Below, one piece after another: positions 9,893-20,800 of a stretch of 64,000 nt of DNA. The notes under the pieces are model-generated. The model was not told the origin of the DNA. It searched no databases and saw only the letters and a list, made by a program, of their open reading frames with translations. This DNA is from Bacillota bacterium (GTDB lineage Bacteria > Bacillota > Dehalobacteriia > UBA4068 > UBA4997): positions 1,519-65,518 of the forward strand of contig JAETTP010000005.1 of assembly GCA_021769035.1 (NCBI GenBank). The letters run 5' to 3'. The stretch's first letter is position 1; each line of letters starts with the position of its first letter. Both the position numbers and the translations under genes were made by a program.

Positions 9893-12800
9893 TTACAGAT
9901 TGAAATAGCGCATAATCATCTGTGCAGCTTCAGCCCGGCTGGTGTTATCCTGCGGACGGAAAGTGCCATCAGGATAGCCAGTAATAACTCCGTGCTGGCT
10001 GGCCCAGCTCAAAGCCTGTTTAGCATAATCGCTAGCCTCTGCTGCATCGGAAAAACTCAACTGTTCGCTGGTCTGCGGCTGCCCGGCAAAACGCCAAAGC
10101 AACGTTGCCAACTGCTCACGGGTGATTGGATCCTGCGGGCCATAATTGCCGTCGCCGTAACCCCAAAGCACATCGTTACGGCCGCCCCAGGTAATTGCCG
10201 GCCAATACCATTCCTGGTCGACGTCATCAAACACGCCCTCGCCGCTGACTGCCGGCCGCCCTGCCTTATTGTAGAGCACCTGAGCCATCATCGCGCGGGA
10301 AAGGGGAATATTTGTTTCCCACTCTTTCGGGGCTGTGCCAATCATTAAACTCTTTTCAATACAGTAATGTACGCCGTCGTGATACCAAGCCGTGGGAATA
10401 GAATCAGTATACGGCCAAATCGGACAAGTTTCATCCTTGGGACAATCCCCTTGATGACCATGCCCAGCCATTCCCTCGGCCACAAACAAAGCCTGAATGC
10501 TGTGGCCGGATCTTACATTTTCAAACGTGTAGCTGGTCACCGGCCCAACGCTCTTGCTATCCACCAAAACATCACTAAGCACATAACCCTCGTTTGGTTT
10601 AATAGTGAAAGTCTGGTCGGCGCCGCGGCTAACCACCACCCGTTTATCCGGGGAGATTTCACCGCCAATGCTGGCGCTGGCTGTAATCACATAGCTGGCC
10701 GAGCTGCTGCCGCCACCACCGGAGCCGCCGCTGTTGCCGCCGTTTGGCAGCCCGCCGGTTATATCGCCAGTGCTTAGGTTCAAAGTGCCGCCATTGTTGG
10801 AAATAGTCGTTTCCTTGCCGTTTTGGTCAACCACCTTAGTGCCCGGCGGCAATGTGATAGTAACATTGTCATCCTTATCCTTGTTCAGTTTAACCTCGCC
10901 GCCCTGCTCCGGCAGCTTAACCGTGTAATTCTGCTCAGGCTGCTGCGGATTTTCCGGGGTAACAGTAATTTCGCTGCCGCCCGGCAGGTCAATGCTGCCG
11001 TCCGGCTTCACCGGAACCGGCTTGGTGGGATCAGGAACTTTGTCGATTTTAACTGTAACATCTTCATTTTCAACTTCAGTACCAACAGGAGCTTGGGCCT
11101 CGCCGTCCGGGCCGACTTTCACCGCGTCGCCCTCAGGGGCCGTCAGTGTAGTTTCTTTTTTGGTGCCGTCTGGATTTTTCTGCTCCACCGTCACCTTTTC
11201 ACTGGTCACATTGCCGTCCGGGTCCACCGAACCGCCTTTTTCCGCCGTAATATCCGGGCCGTCCTCAGTTTCCACCTTGAAAGGCTCGTCAATGAATACC
11301 TTGCCCGTTTCATCAACCACCGGCGGCTTGGGAGTTTCACCCGGCTTATCCGGGTCGGTAGGCTTCTGCGGTGTAATAACCACCGGCGGTTTTTCCGGAT
11401 CTTTCGGAGTTATGGTTATCTCACCCTGATCATCTACTTCCACCTTAGCTTCTGGCGTTTCAACTGGCTGTTCAGGCGTTACCACCTGTGCGTCATCAGG
11501 CGGATTATTAGGATGAACTGGCTCGGTTGGCCTATCAGGATTTTCCGGTTCCTTATCCGTCAGTTCGCCAGTATCTGGATTAAACACCGGATTATCCTTG
11601 TCAACTTCCGTTTCCTTGCCATCAACTGTAACCTTTGTGCCCGGCGGCAAAATCAATGTGCCGCCGTTGCCAAAGTCGATACTCGGCTGCTCATTGCCCT
11701 CCAGATTAGGCAAAGCAATTACAATCTTTACATTTTCTTTATTCTTCACTTCAACCTTGCTATCCGCAGGCAAAGTTACACCGCTATCCGTAAAGCCAAT
11801 TTCACCGCCCTCATTTGGCAAAGCGATTGTAATGCTTGCATTGCCCTTTGACGGATCGCTAATCGTAACTTCACTGCCATTGCCAGCAGGCAGCTGCACA
11901 TCGCCGCTGGGGCTAACCGTTGCGGCATTGTCCGGTTCAGTGCCGCCAACTGCTTCAATTTTTATTATCACGTGATCAACTGTGACGGTGCTGCCAGCCG
12001 GGGCCTGCGCCTCGCCTTTGGTGTCAACTTTAATATCTTGGTTTTCCGTTGCAGTTATTTTAACTATTGTGTGCTCTTCTTCATCAGCCACCGTCACCTC
12101 AGGAGCGGTGACCGTGCCATCAGCCGCAACCTCGCCCGGCTGCTCCAAAGTAATTTCCGGGCCGTCCTCCGTTTGCACAGTGGTTTTCGCCGGAGCCTCC
12201 AGCACAATATTTGGAGCTTCTTCGTCAGCAGCAGGCTCTTCCAGCCTCAAATCCACAGTCTTATCAGCCGGAGGTGTAATTTGGGTAGGCGCTTCGGCTG
12301 TTGGAGTGCTGATTTCCAACACACCATCATTATTTTTGATTGTTTGAGTGGGAGTATTGTTTTTCTTCTGGGTCAGCGTTGCGCCTTCGGGCAATGTCAT
12401 AATCGGTTTTTTCTGTGCATTATTTTCAACCTTAACTTCGCCCTCAGATTTATCGTCCATTTCAATAGTGGTTATATAATCAGGAATTTTACCACTAATA
12501 TTTACTTTACCGCCGTTTTTCAGGAACACCCGGCCGCCGTAAAGCCAAACAATTTCCAAATTGCGCTGGCAATCCAACACATTCAGCACGGCCTTTTCCG
12601 GCACCCAGAAAATATGCTGCATTTCATAAATCCAGGTGTCGTTGTCCGCACCCAGGTTGCTGCCGTTCAAACAAAAGTCTGTTTTATTCAGCACAACCAA
12701 AGCGTTCGGCATTGTGAAATTGCCCTCAAGATAATACTGTCCACCTGTTAAATATCTGTAAGCCATTTTATTATCAGGCAAAGTACCCGTATGAATGGCT

Positions 12801-14785
12801 GGTGAGTACTCTTGTGTAACAGTATTAAAGTTACCCTCATTAATTACCGTTGCTTCAGCCAATTCCGGATGCCGCACCGAATGAGGCCCATCGCTCGGCT
12901 TATCCACAACGCCACTATTATCAACCGTCACTTTGCCGCCAGCAGTTCCTGCTGCCGGAGCGTAATTTACATTATTAGCAGGGTCTTTGGCAATCATATT
13001 CAGCGTGCCGCCGCCTGCAACCTCAATGCCGCCGCTGCCAGCCAAACCCTTAAAGCCGTCCGTATTATCTTCTGCTTTGCCCTCATCATTGGCAAGGTTC
13101 AAGGTTGCGCCATTTGCCACTTCAAACGCCGGGCCGCTCGCCGGGCCGGTGATTTTATAGCCGTTCAGGCAAATATATGCCGCGCCACTTGTAACCGTAA
13201 TAGTTTGGGACAAGTTAATATCCTGAGTCAGGTAATAATAACCAGCACCCAAAGGATTGGAAATAGTTGAAGTTGGAGTGTACACATTGCCATTGTGTAT
13301 GTGGTCAGTGCTAACATCTTGCGGCAGTGTTATTGTGCCACCTGCTTCAACCTTAACAACGCCATTCTTTGTAGCAGTATATTCTGCCGTCTTATCATCT
13401 TTATTTTTTATCACCACTTTGCCGCCGGTGGCCACTTCGATACCGCCGGTTGCTGCCAGCTTGGCAAAAACATCAGGCTGGCAATCAAACAAATTCAAAA
13501 CGCCGTTAGCGGGCACCTTAAAGGCCGGTTTATCAGTTAAATCAGTAAATGTGTTGCCGTTCAAGCAAAGATTTACAGTACCGGAGATTGTAACGGTGTC
13601 TGTAATGTTGCCGGTCAGGTAATAGTTGCCTGCGGCAAGAGATTTATAATCATCTGGAAGTGCTGTAAACACCACATCACCGTGCTTGTGGCTTTCAACA
13701 GTTGGACCGGCTACTAGTTCCAAATAATTACCTGCTTCATTCCACGCAACATGATAATGTTCGCTATCATCAGCATGGAAATAGTCCAAATATTTGCCAT
13801 AATCAGCATTAACAACACTTATTTGTGAACCGTAGTTAGCAACATCTCTGTTAACATTAATATTTGCATCACTAGCTAAATTTCCAACAGTTATTTTTTG
13901 GTTGTTATATACACAAATGTTATATGGTTTACCATTTTTAAAATTACCATAAATTTGATAATTACCATAAACATTAAATACTGCTGTATCGTTTTTAACA
14001 TGAAAAACGCCTGCACCATTGCCATCAGATTCATTTCCGGTAATCACGCCGCCTCGCATGTTAAATTGACCACCATTCCATACCCCAGCACCAATAGCAG
14101 GTACACCAGCAACTTTATTTCCCTTAATTTCACCACCATTCATAAATATTGAACCATTATTGTAAATACCAGCACCTGCACCATTAGCACCAGCTCTATT
14201 ATTATTAATTTTTCCACTATTAAAAGTTAATTGTCCACCAGTATTAACTTTTATACCGCCACCATCGTCAGCAATATTTCCAGTAATCTCACCACCACTT
14301 AAATTAAACTTACCATCACTAGCTATACAAACGCCACCACCGAAAGCACCCGCATTATCTGATGTGGAAGCCGTGTTATGGCCAACAGTGCCACCATACA
14401 TATTAACAGTACCATGGCTTCCCAAAAACATACCAGCACCTTGTCTTGCATTATTGAAAGCGATAGTTCCGCCATACATATTTAAAGTACCATAATTAGT
14501 GATCTGAACGGCTCCGCCAGTTTCACTTGCGCCTCCAGTAATCACACCACCATTAATAGTTACACCAGATATTGTGTGCTCTGTTCCCGGATTACAATCA
14601 CACAAATCTAATGTCCTACTGCCGGAAAGAACGAAAAATGAATAATTGTCATTACTATTGTTTTTTACATATTTAATTACATGACCATTTAAGCATAAAC
14701 TAACATTTGCATCTAACGTTATTGGATTGTTTATTTCAATATCTTCTCCCAAATAACTATTTTTTGTTAATTTATAGCTCCACAT
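9893..14785 (-). CDS. C-terminal 1630-aa open fragment of the giant adhesin (beta-helix repeats, PE-rich region, 3 SLH)
   Basis: MYGGTI/GGG repeats and SLH motifs (SRAMMA, TREQL, SRAEAA). No signal peptide or RBS at this ATG. Confidence 0.6.
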   Translation of the reverse strand: MWSYKLTKNSYLGEDIEINNPITLDANVSLCLNGHVIKYVKNNSNDNYSFFVLSGSRTLDLCDCNPGTEHTISGVTINGGVITGGASETGGAVQITNYGTLNMYGGTIAFNNARQGAGMFLGSHGTVNMYGGTVGHNTASTSDNAGAFGGGVCIASDGKFNLSGGEITGNIADDGGGIKVNTGGQLTFNSGKINNNRAGANGAGAGIYNNGSIFMNGGEIKGNKVAGVPAIGAGVWNGGQFNMRGGVITGNESDGNGAGVFHVKNDTAVFNVYGNYQIYGNFKNGKPYNICVYNNQKITVGNLASDANINVNRDVANYGSQISVVNADYGKYLDYFHADDSEHYHVAWNEAGNYLELVAGPTVESHKHGDVVFTALPDDYKSLAAGNYYLTGNITDTVTISGTVNLCLNGNTFTDLTDKPAFKVPANGVLNLFDCQPDVFAKLAATGGIEVATGGKVVIKNKDDKTAEYTATKNGVVKVEAGGTITLPQDVSTDHIHNGNVYTPTSTISNPLGAGYYYLTQDINLSQTITVTSGAAYICLNGYKITGPASGPAFEVANGATLNLANDEGKAEDNTDGFKGLAGSGGIEVAGGGTLNMIAKDPANNVNYAPAAGTAGGKVTVDNSGVVDKPSDGPHSVRHPELAEATVINEGNFNTVTQEYSPAIHTGTLPDNKMAYRYLTGGQYYLEGNFTMPNALVVLNKTDFCLNGSNLGADNDTWIYEMQHIFWVPEKAVLNVLDCQRNLEIVWLYGGRVFLKNGGKVNISGKIPDYITTIEMDDKSEGEVKVENNAQKKPIMTLPEGATLTQKKNNTPTQTIKNNDGVLEISTPTAEAPTQITPPADKTVDLRLEEPAADEEAPNIVLEAPAKTTVQTEDGPEITLEQPGEVAADGTVTAPEVTVADEEEHTIVKITATENQDIKVDTKGEAQAPAGSTVTVDHVIIKIEAVGGTEPDNAATVSPSGDVQLPAGNGSEVTISDPSKGNASITIALPNEGGEIGFTDSGVTLPADSKVEVKNKENVKIVIALPNLEGNEQPSIDFGNGGTLILPPGTKVTVDGKETEVDKDNPVFNPDTGELTDKEPENPDRPTEPVHPNNPPDDAQVVTPEQPVETPEAKVEVDDQGEITITPKDPEKPPVVITPQKPTDPDKPGETPKPPVVDETGKVFIDEPFKVETEDGPDITAEKGGSVDPDGNVTSEKVTVEQKNPDGTKKETTLTAPEGDAVKVGPDGEAQAPVGTEVENEDVTVKIDKVPDPTKPVPVKPDGSIDLPGGSEITVTPENPQQPEQNYTVKLPEQGGEVKLNKDKDDNVTITLPPGTKVVDQNGKETTISNNGGTLNLSTGDITGGLPNGGNSGGSGGGGSSSASYVITASASIGGEISPDKRVVVSRGADQTFTIKPNEGYVLSDVLVDSKSVGPVTSYTFENVRSGHSIQALFVAEGMAGHGHQGDCPKDETCPIWPYTDSIPTAWYHDGVHYCIEKSLMIGTAPKEWETNIPLSRAMMAQVLYNKAGRPAVSGEGVFDDVDQEWYWPAITWGGRNDVLWGYGDGNYGPQDPITREQLATLLWRFAGQPQTSEQLSFSDAAEASDYAKQALSWASQHGVITGYPDGTFRPQDNTSRAEAAQMIMRYFNL

Positions 14786-17705
14786 ATTAGTGCCAGACCC
14801 AGTAGTCGGCTACAAAGGTACGCCATTAGCACATAATTTGCCATCAGTATTAACTGTCAACTTATTCTCAAAAGTAATCGAAGTATTGCCAACCGTTACG
14901 CTACTATCATAGCCAACATTTAAAGCATGGCTATGTTTTTCGCTTATTGTACCGTCAGCATAAATCATTACGACACATTCTTTCTGGGCTGTATATGAAT
15001 TGGCGCTGCCAACTTGAACTTTACCACCAGCTTCAATCTTAATACCGCCGCTATTAGCCAAACCGGCAAAGCTGTCATTGCCCACACAATTTCTAATATT
15101 CAGTACAGAACCGTTTGGTACACTAAACGCCGGCTCATCATCAGCTGGGCCTGTGATTGTTTTGCCGTTCAGACAAAGGTCAACAGTACTAGTAATTTCC
15201 ACCGTGTCGTTCAGTGAAACTGCATCAGTCAAATAATAGCTGCCAGCTTGCAGAGGACTTTCAAGCGTATTTTTATCTGTAAAGTTCTGTCCATTATGCT
15301 CGTGCTTTTCTACAATATCACCGTTAGGTTTAACTATTACAACACAGTCTTTTTCTGAATTTATAAATTCCGACTCATCACCATCCATATTACACACGAC
15401 TAAAACCTTGCCGCCCTTTGCAATTTTAATATCGCCAGCCGTAGTCAAATCTTCAAAGTTGTAATTACCATCGGCGTCAAAACCACCCTCATGATTATAA
15501 ATTGTCAGCTTGGAATTAGCCGGAACATTAAATATTGGCGTACCGTCAGTTGGGCCAGTGATTGCCTTGTCGTTCAGGCAAAGGCTAACTTGCCCTGAAA
15601 CTGTAAACGTATTGTTCAGTGTAACTGGTTCTTTAAGGTAATAATAAGTTGTACCGCCTGTTCCAATAGTATCAGAAACAAAATCATTATTGGTTATGGC
15701 CGTAAATTCAGTTGAACTGCCAGGGTGAGTATGTTTGCCTATCCCGTTTCCCGCATAATAATACAATAAGTTGTCACTGGTATTAAAGCTAATGTAGGAA
15801 TTTTCCGGGTCATCAGCAAAAAAAGATCCTACATAGTTTTTATAAGTTGCATTACCTTGACCTGATTGCATTTTGGCATTATAAGGCCCGCTAGTATTGT
15901 CCGGCGGTTCGACCGAAAAGCCTACTCTGGCATCAGTGGTTAAAGCGTCGCCACCAGTTATATCAATAGTAAACGCTCGATGTTGGCCTGTTTCATATAC
16001 AACATAATATTCAATATAAACATTATTAGGTTTTCTCTCTTCGCCGGCCGTATTGCCATAGATTTTAGGCGTTTGTGCAAAAGAGAAACTATTTGTGGCA
16101 GGATAAAAACCGCCGCCAGCCTGGGAGGCATGATTACCTGTAATTTGAATACTCGATATAGTGATTGGGGAATTGTAGTAAACGCCGCCTCCATTACCAG
16201 AGGTAGCTGTATTCCCTTTTATTACACCACCAGACAACAAAGTTCGGTTGGAGGTACTTCCTGTGTGATTATATGCCACCACCATCTGCTGCCTTGTTTC
16301 CTGAAATTTCGCCCCCTGACATTTCAATATAACCGTTGTCCTTAATATAAATGCCGCCGCCATTAGATGTAGCGGTATTGTTAGATATAACACCATTTTT
16401 TAATTGTGCCTTATTGACTACAACACATACACCGCCACCATTTTTTGCCTCATTATCGGTTATCTTACCACCATTTATAACAAAAGTTCCACCGGAAACC
16501 CCGCCGCCATCTTCCTCCGCCTTATTTTTGGTTATAACACCACCATACATATAAAAATCATTGCTATATGATATAGCGCCACCACTATTTTTAGTCTGAT
16601 TGCCGGCAATGGTTCCGCCATACATAGTGAACTCTCCTCGGCTTTGACTTAAGATAGCACCGCCACCTCAGGTAGCACTGCCACCACTGGTATATTCAGC
16701 GTCACCGCCGGTAATCAAACCGCCTTTAATAGTTACTTGTGTTGTATTATCAGCCGGGTCAATTATAATATGCTCATTTTCATTGGGTTTACAATCACAA
16801 ATCAATAATCTGTTGCCATACGCGCCAGATCCCGTTTTTGCGTCAATGTGGATCACCCTGTTATTTGGTTGTGTTTGCTTAATTACATGACCATTTAAAC
16901 AAATTCCCACCTGGACATTACCAGAAATATGTATAGCACTATTTAATTCTATATTACTCGCAACATAATAATTACCTGATACTGTCAGTTTATTATCTTC
17001 AACAGGATTTCCGTCAACATAAAGCTGGCCATCTAAAGATGTTAATTTATGGCTAAATTCTTGAACCCTTCCAGTGCCACTTAGAATATCTTCATAAGTT
17101 GCCATAGGATGCTTATGAGCCTCATCGTCCGCCAACATCATAACGCTGGGGTCAACAACCTCAACACCGCCCAGCAGCTCAATCTGGCCCCACTCGTTCT
17201 CATCGTCCGCGCTGTCGTCAGGGTAAACCACGCCCACAATCTGGCTGCCGCTCTGCCCACCGTCCGTCACAGTCAGCTTACCGCGCGCGCCAACGTAAAT
17301 CAGGCAAGGAACCTCCTCGCCAACCAGCCTGTGTCCATTAAGGTTAAGCAAAATCTGTCCGTCCTCAGGCACCTGCGCAAAAATGCCCTCCGGCGCGTCA
17401 GCCGCCGTCACCATAACGTCCTGCTGCAAAGTCACCGCGCCGCCCTGGTCTGCCGCCAGCTGCCACGCCTCGACAAAATCCAACCACTGTCCGTCCGCAA
17501 CGCCGCCGTTCAGCGGGGTATACAGGGTTTGTTTATTGCCTTCGTTAGAAGGCAATAAATTACCCTGGGTAATTTGCGACGAATTACTTTGCACATCTTC
17601 ATCCACTCGGTAGTGCTCATTGGCGCTCACCGCCCAAACTGCCGATGAAAGCATAAAAAGTAACGCAAACAGACCCAAGGTCAATCCAACCAAAGGCTTC
17701 TTCAT
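9893..17705 (-). pseudogene. Interrupted giant SLH-anchored adhesin or S-layer-associated protein (~2,600 codons)
   Basis: Four track ORFs join into one gene: in-frame TGA at 16668-16670, 2-bp AT deletion near 16270-16274, in-frame TAG at 14810-14812. N-terminal signal peptide, GG-rich beta-helix repeats, Pro/Glu-rich spacers, C-terminal SLH. Confidence 0.85.
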
Positions 17706-17788
17706 TTTGCATCCAACCTTTCTCCAGGCCCGTTGTGCTTCCCTGCCTCAACGTCACCAACCAGACCTGTCAAATTATTCTTATTTAA

Positions 17789-17817
17789 ATTGTACACCAA
17801 CCAACAGCAAAGGTCAA
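17789..17817 (-). promoter_or_regulatory. Sigma-A promoter of the giant adhesin gene
   Basis: TTGACC-17-TACAAT on the minus strand. TGGTTGGTG occurs in the spacer and again at 17755-17763. Confidence 0.65.
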
Positions 17818-17889
17818 GGGAAAACCGATAAAATAAAGGCATTTTCCCCAAGAAAAACGCCTTTATTTGTGTAAATATTTATCGATTTT

Positions 17890-20800
17890 TTAATCCTCTT
17901 TATGCCTCGGTTTTTTCAGCAGCAAAGCCGCCAAGCCAGCCAATGCAGCCAGGCAAAACGCTGCCCAAAGCCAAAGCTTGCTTTCATCGCCGGTTTGCGG
18001 GGCCTCCTGCCAAGCCAAAGGCACCTCGTCCTCCGGCAGATACACCCATTCCTCAAGTTCTTCGTCCCAAACCTTAACATAGGTTTTACCCTCAACGGTA
18101 ATCTGCTCAGGGCTAGTCGGGTCGTTCGGGTCCGGCAATTCCGGCCTCGGTTGTTCCGGCTCGTCAACCGGCTGTTCAACCTGCGGCTTCTCAGGCTCCG
18201 GTTCCGTCACCTTAGGTTCCTCCGGTTGCTCAGGGGCCGGCTTTTCCGGCTCCGGCTCAGGTTCCGGGTCGTCACCGGGGTCATTCCCAGGTTCCGGCTC
18301 CGGTTCTGGCTCTGGCTCTGGCTCTGGCTCTGGCTCAGGTTCCGGTTCTGGCTCCGGGTCAGGCTTAGGAGATGGGCCCGGTCCAGGGCCCGGTCCCGGC
18401 GGCGGTTCCTCGCCCTCCCGGTAGTAACGCAAAATAATCACCTGCTCGCCGCCGGGCGTGGCATTAACCCAATTCATATCCTCCGCAGGCGTATAGGCAT
18501 TATCTCCGGCCATTTTGCCGTAGGCCGCTTCTTCATAAGTATAAGTGAAAGCGCCAAAGTTTGGCTGTTTAGCCACGTTGCCGGCCGTATATTTTGTTTC
18601 GTCCAACACCAGCTGGGCCACAGTGCCAATACCGCTTTTGCCCTCCAGAGTAACGCTACCGTCCGCCTCGCGCAGGTAGTATTCGTGCACATACCGATAC
18701 GAGCCCTTATACTCCGGCATACGGTAGTAGCGCAGGATAATCACCTGGTCGCCCTTTTCCGTGGCCAAAACCCATTGTTTGGTGCTATCCGGCTGATAAC
18801 CATAGCGCAAGGCGGCCTCAGTAGTTTCGTCAACATTGCTGCTGGCAAGTATCTTTTCAACTTCGCTCTCGTTTACAATTCGGCCGTAAAGCCCCTGGAA
18901 GTAGGTGTAGGTATATTGTTGGTCTTGCCAGGTGTGCTCCGGCTGGCGCTCCACGCCGCTCACGTCATAATGCGTATCATCAAGGATTGTTTCAACCGTT
19001 TCAATCGGGCTGAAGCCCTCGCGCATATCGCCCTGCGGCGTACGCTTAAAGTAAGCATGTACCACCTTATATTTACCCATCTTAGGAGGCGCTTGATAAT
19101 AACGCAGAATAATAATCTGCTGATCCTCATCTTCCCTCAAAGCAACAACGTGATCCATACTGGGATCAACCGTGTAGGTAATATCTCCCTCCACCGGCTT
19201 ATCCTCGGCCTCTCGTTTAGCCCGATTCGCATCGCTGCCAATAATATACGGATTATCATTAACATTCTGAGCGTCCGGCAGCAAATTGTAAACATCCACA
19301 TTCACGTCGTAAGCCCCATTTGTCAAACTCTGGCTGGCCAGCTTAGCCCCCTCTGTTTTACGTCCACCAATTGTGCCCCCATAAACCGCGTCGCAGTAAA
19401 TATATTCCTGACCGCTTGGCCCATGGAGAATCAGCTCCACATCATCATCAGTGTACACGGTATTAACCGGCTTACCGCCTCTGGCAAAAATATAACTTCT
19501 TTCTTTCCAATTCTCAACTCCAACCGATTCTCTGGTCGGGTAATACTCATGCACCACATAGTAGCCGCCAATTTCCCTTGTAAAATTGTTTGTTACCTTA
19601 ATTGTTGATGGTGTGCCGCCCCTAATCACAGACACCATGCTGCTATCACTGTAGCTAAGGGTGAAGCCCAGGTTGGTGTCTTTCACCGAGTGCACCGTAT
19701 AGCTGCCGGGGGCAAGGCCGGGCCCAAAGGTTTTGCTTTCACCGGCGTTCAGCTGAAACTCCTCCACGCTGCCGTCAGGCTTAACCAGCTCGTAATAGTA
19801 AACACGCCCATCTTTATATCCCTCCAAGTTAAGAGAAGGCTTATGAACAACAAAACTGCCGCTTTCATTAATAATTTCGGTGGAAAGAGTGGAACCAGTG
19901 GTTGAAGTGCTGGCAGAATCATAAGCCTCAAGGGTAAACCCTTCTGTAGGCTTAGGTAACTCAACAGTTTCAGTTATTGTATATTTTCGTCCTGAAACCA
20001 AACCCGTCAAAGTCTTACTTTCTCCGGGATACAGAACAAACTCACTGCGATAATTATTAGTAGCTGTAACAACATAACGATATTGCACGCTTCCAGCCCA
20101 CGGATTGCCGCTGGTATCTGCCGGTTTAGTAATTATTAGTTGTTTTGCAGTTCCTGCATTAACAGTTATTTTGCTACCGCTAACCTCCTTAACATTTTTA
20201 TTAAGTTTATGCAAGTACAGGTTGATTCTAAAACCAGTCACGCCTGGCGTATCAATCTTATAGTAAATAGTCCCTGGAGCTAATCTGTACATAGGATTTT
20301 CTATAAGTAATTCTTCTCCAACCGTGCCATTTTTAAACCTATAGTTAAGTCTGCCTTTCTCTTCCTGACCTCTATAAGTACCGCCAATCACAACTTCATA
20401 GCTACTACCATCAGATAATCCCTGTATATTTGTTACACCAATTTGAAAATAATCTCCATTTTCAGCATTACCTAAATCTCTGGGAGTAACTTTATAGTAA
20501 CCATACGAGTTATTAGATACAGTTGTGTATGTTGTTTTTAGTATGGATTCAGTTGGTATTCCAACCTCAAATCCCGCAACCCCCTCAAATTCATCATACA
20601 TAACCTCTTGCACATTATAATCGCCTTGAGTCAACGGATGCCTAACCAAATGCGCGCCCTCGCCCGGCTGACAGGTTTCCGTATAGGAATCACCCCACCT
20701 GCTCAGCTTATATGTATGCGGCAAACCGTCATCCGGCGGCGTCAACTTCAACCTGCCATAATCACCAGTAAAAGTAATCCTGGCCGTTTCACCTGCCGCC

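Noticed and set aside
14810..16670. Selenocysteine or pyrrolysine readthrough of the in-frame TGA and TAG
   Set aside because: Neither stop is at a catalytic or Cys-like position, no convincing SECIS follows the TGA, and a separate frameshift lies between them. Nonsense mutation is the simpler explanation.
18245..18400. Hexamer array as a phase-variation switch or CRISPR
   Set aside because: The 6-bp unit preserves the frame and encodes an ordinary EP linker. There are no spacers or cas genes.
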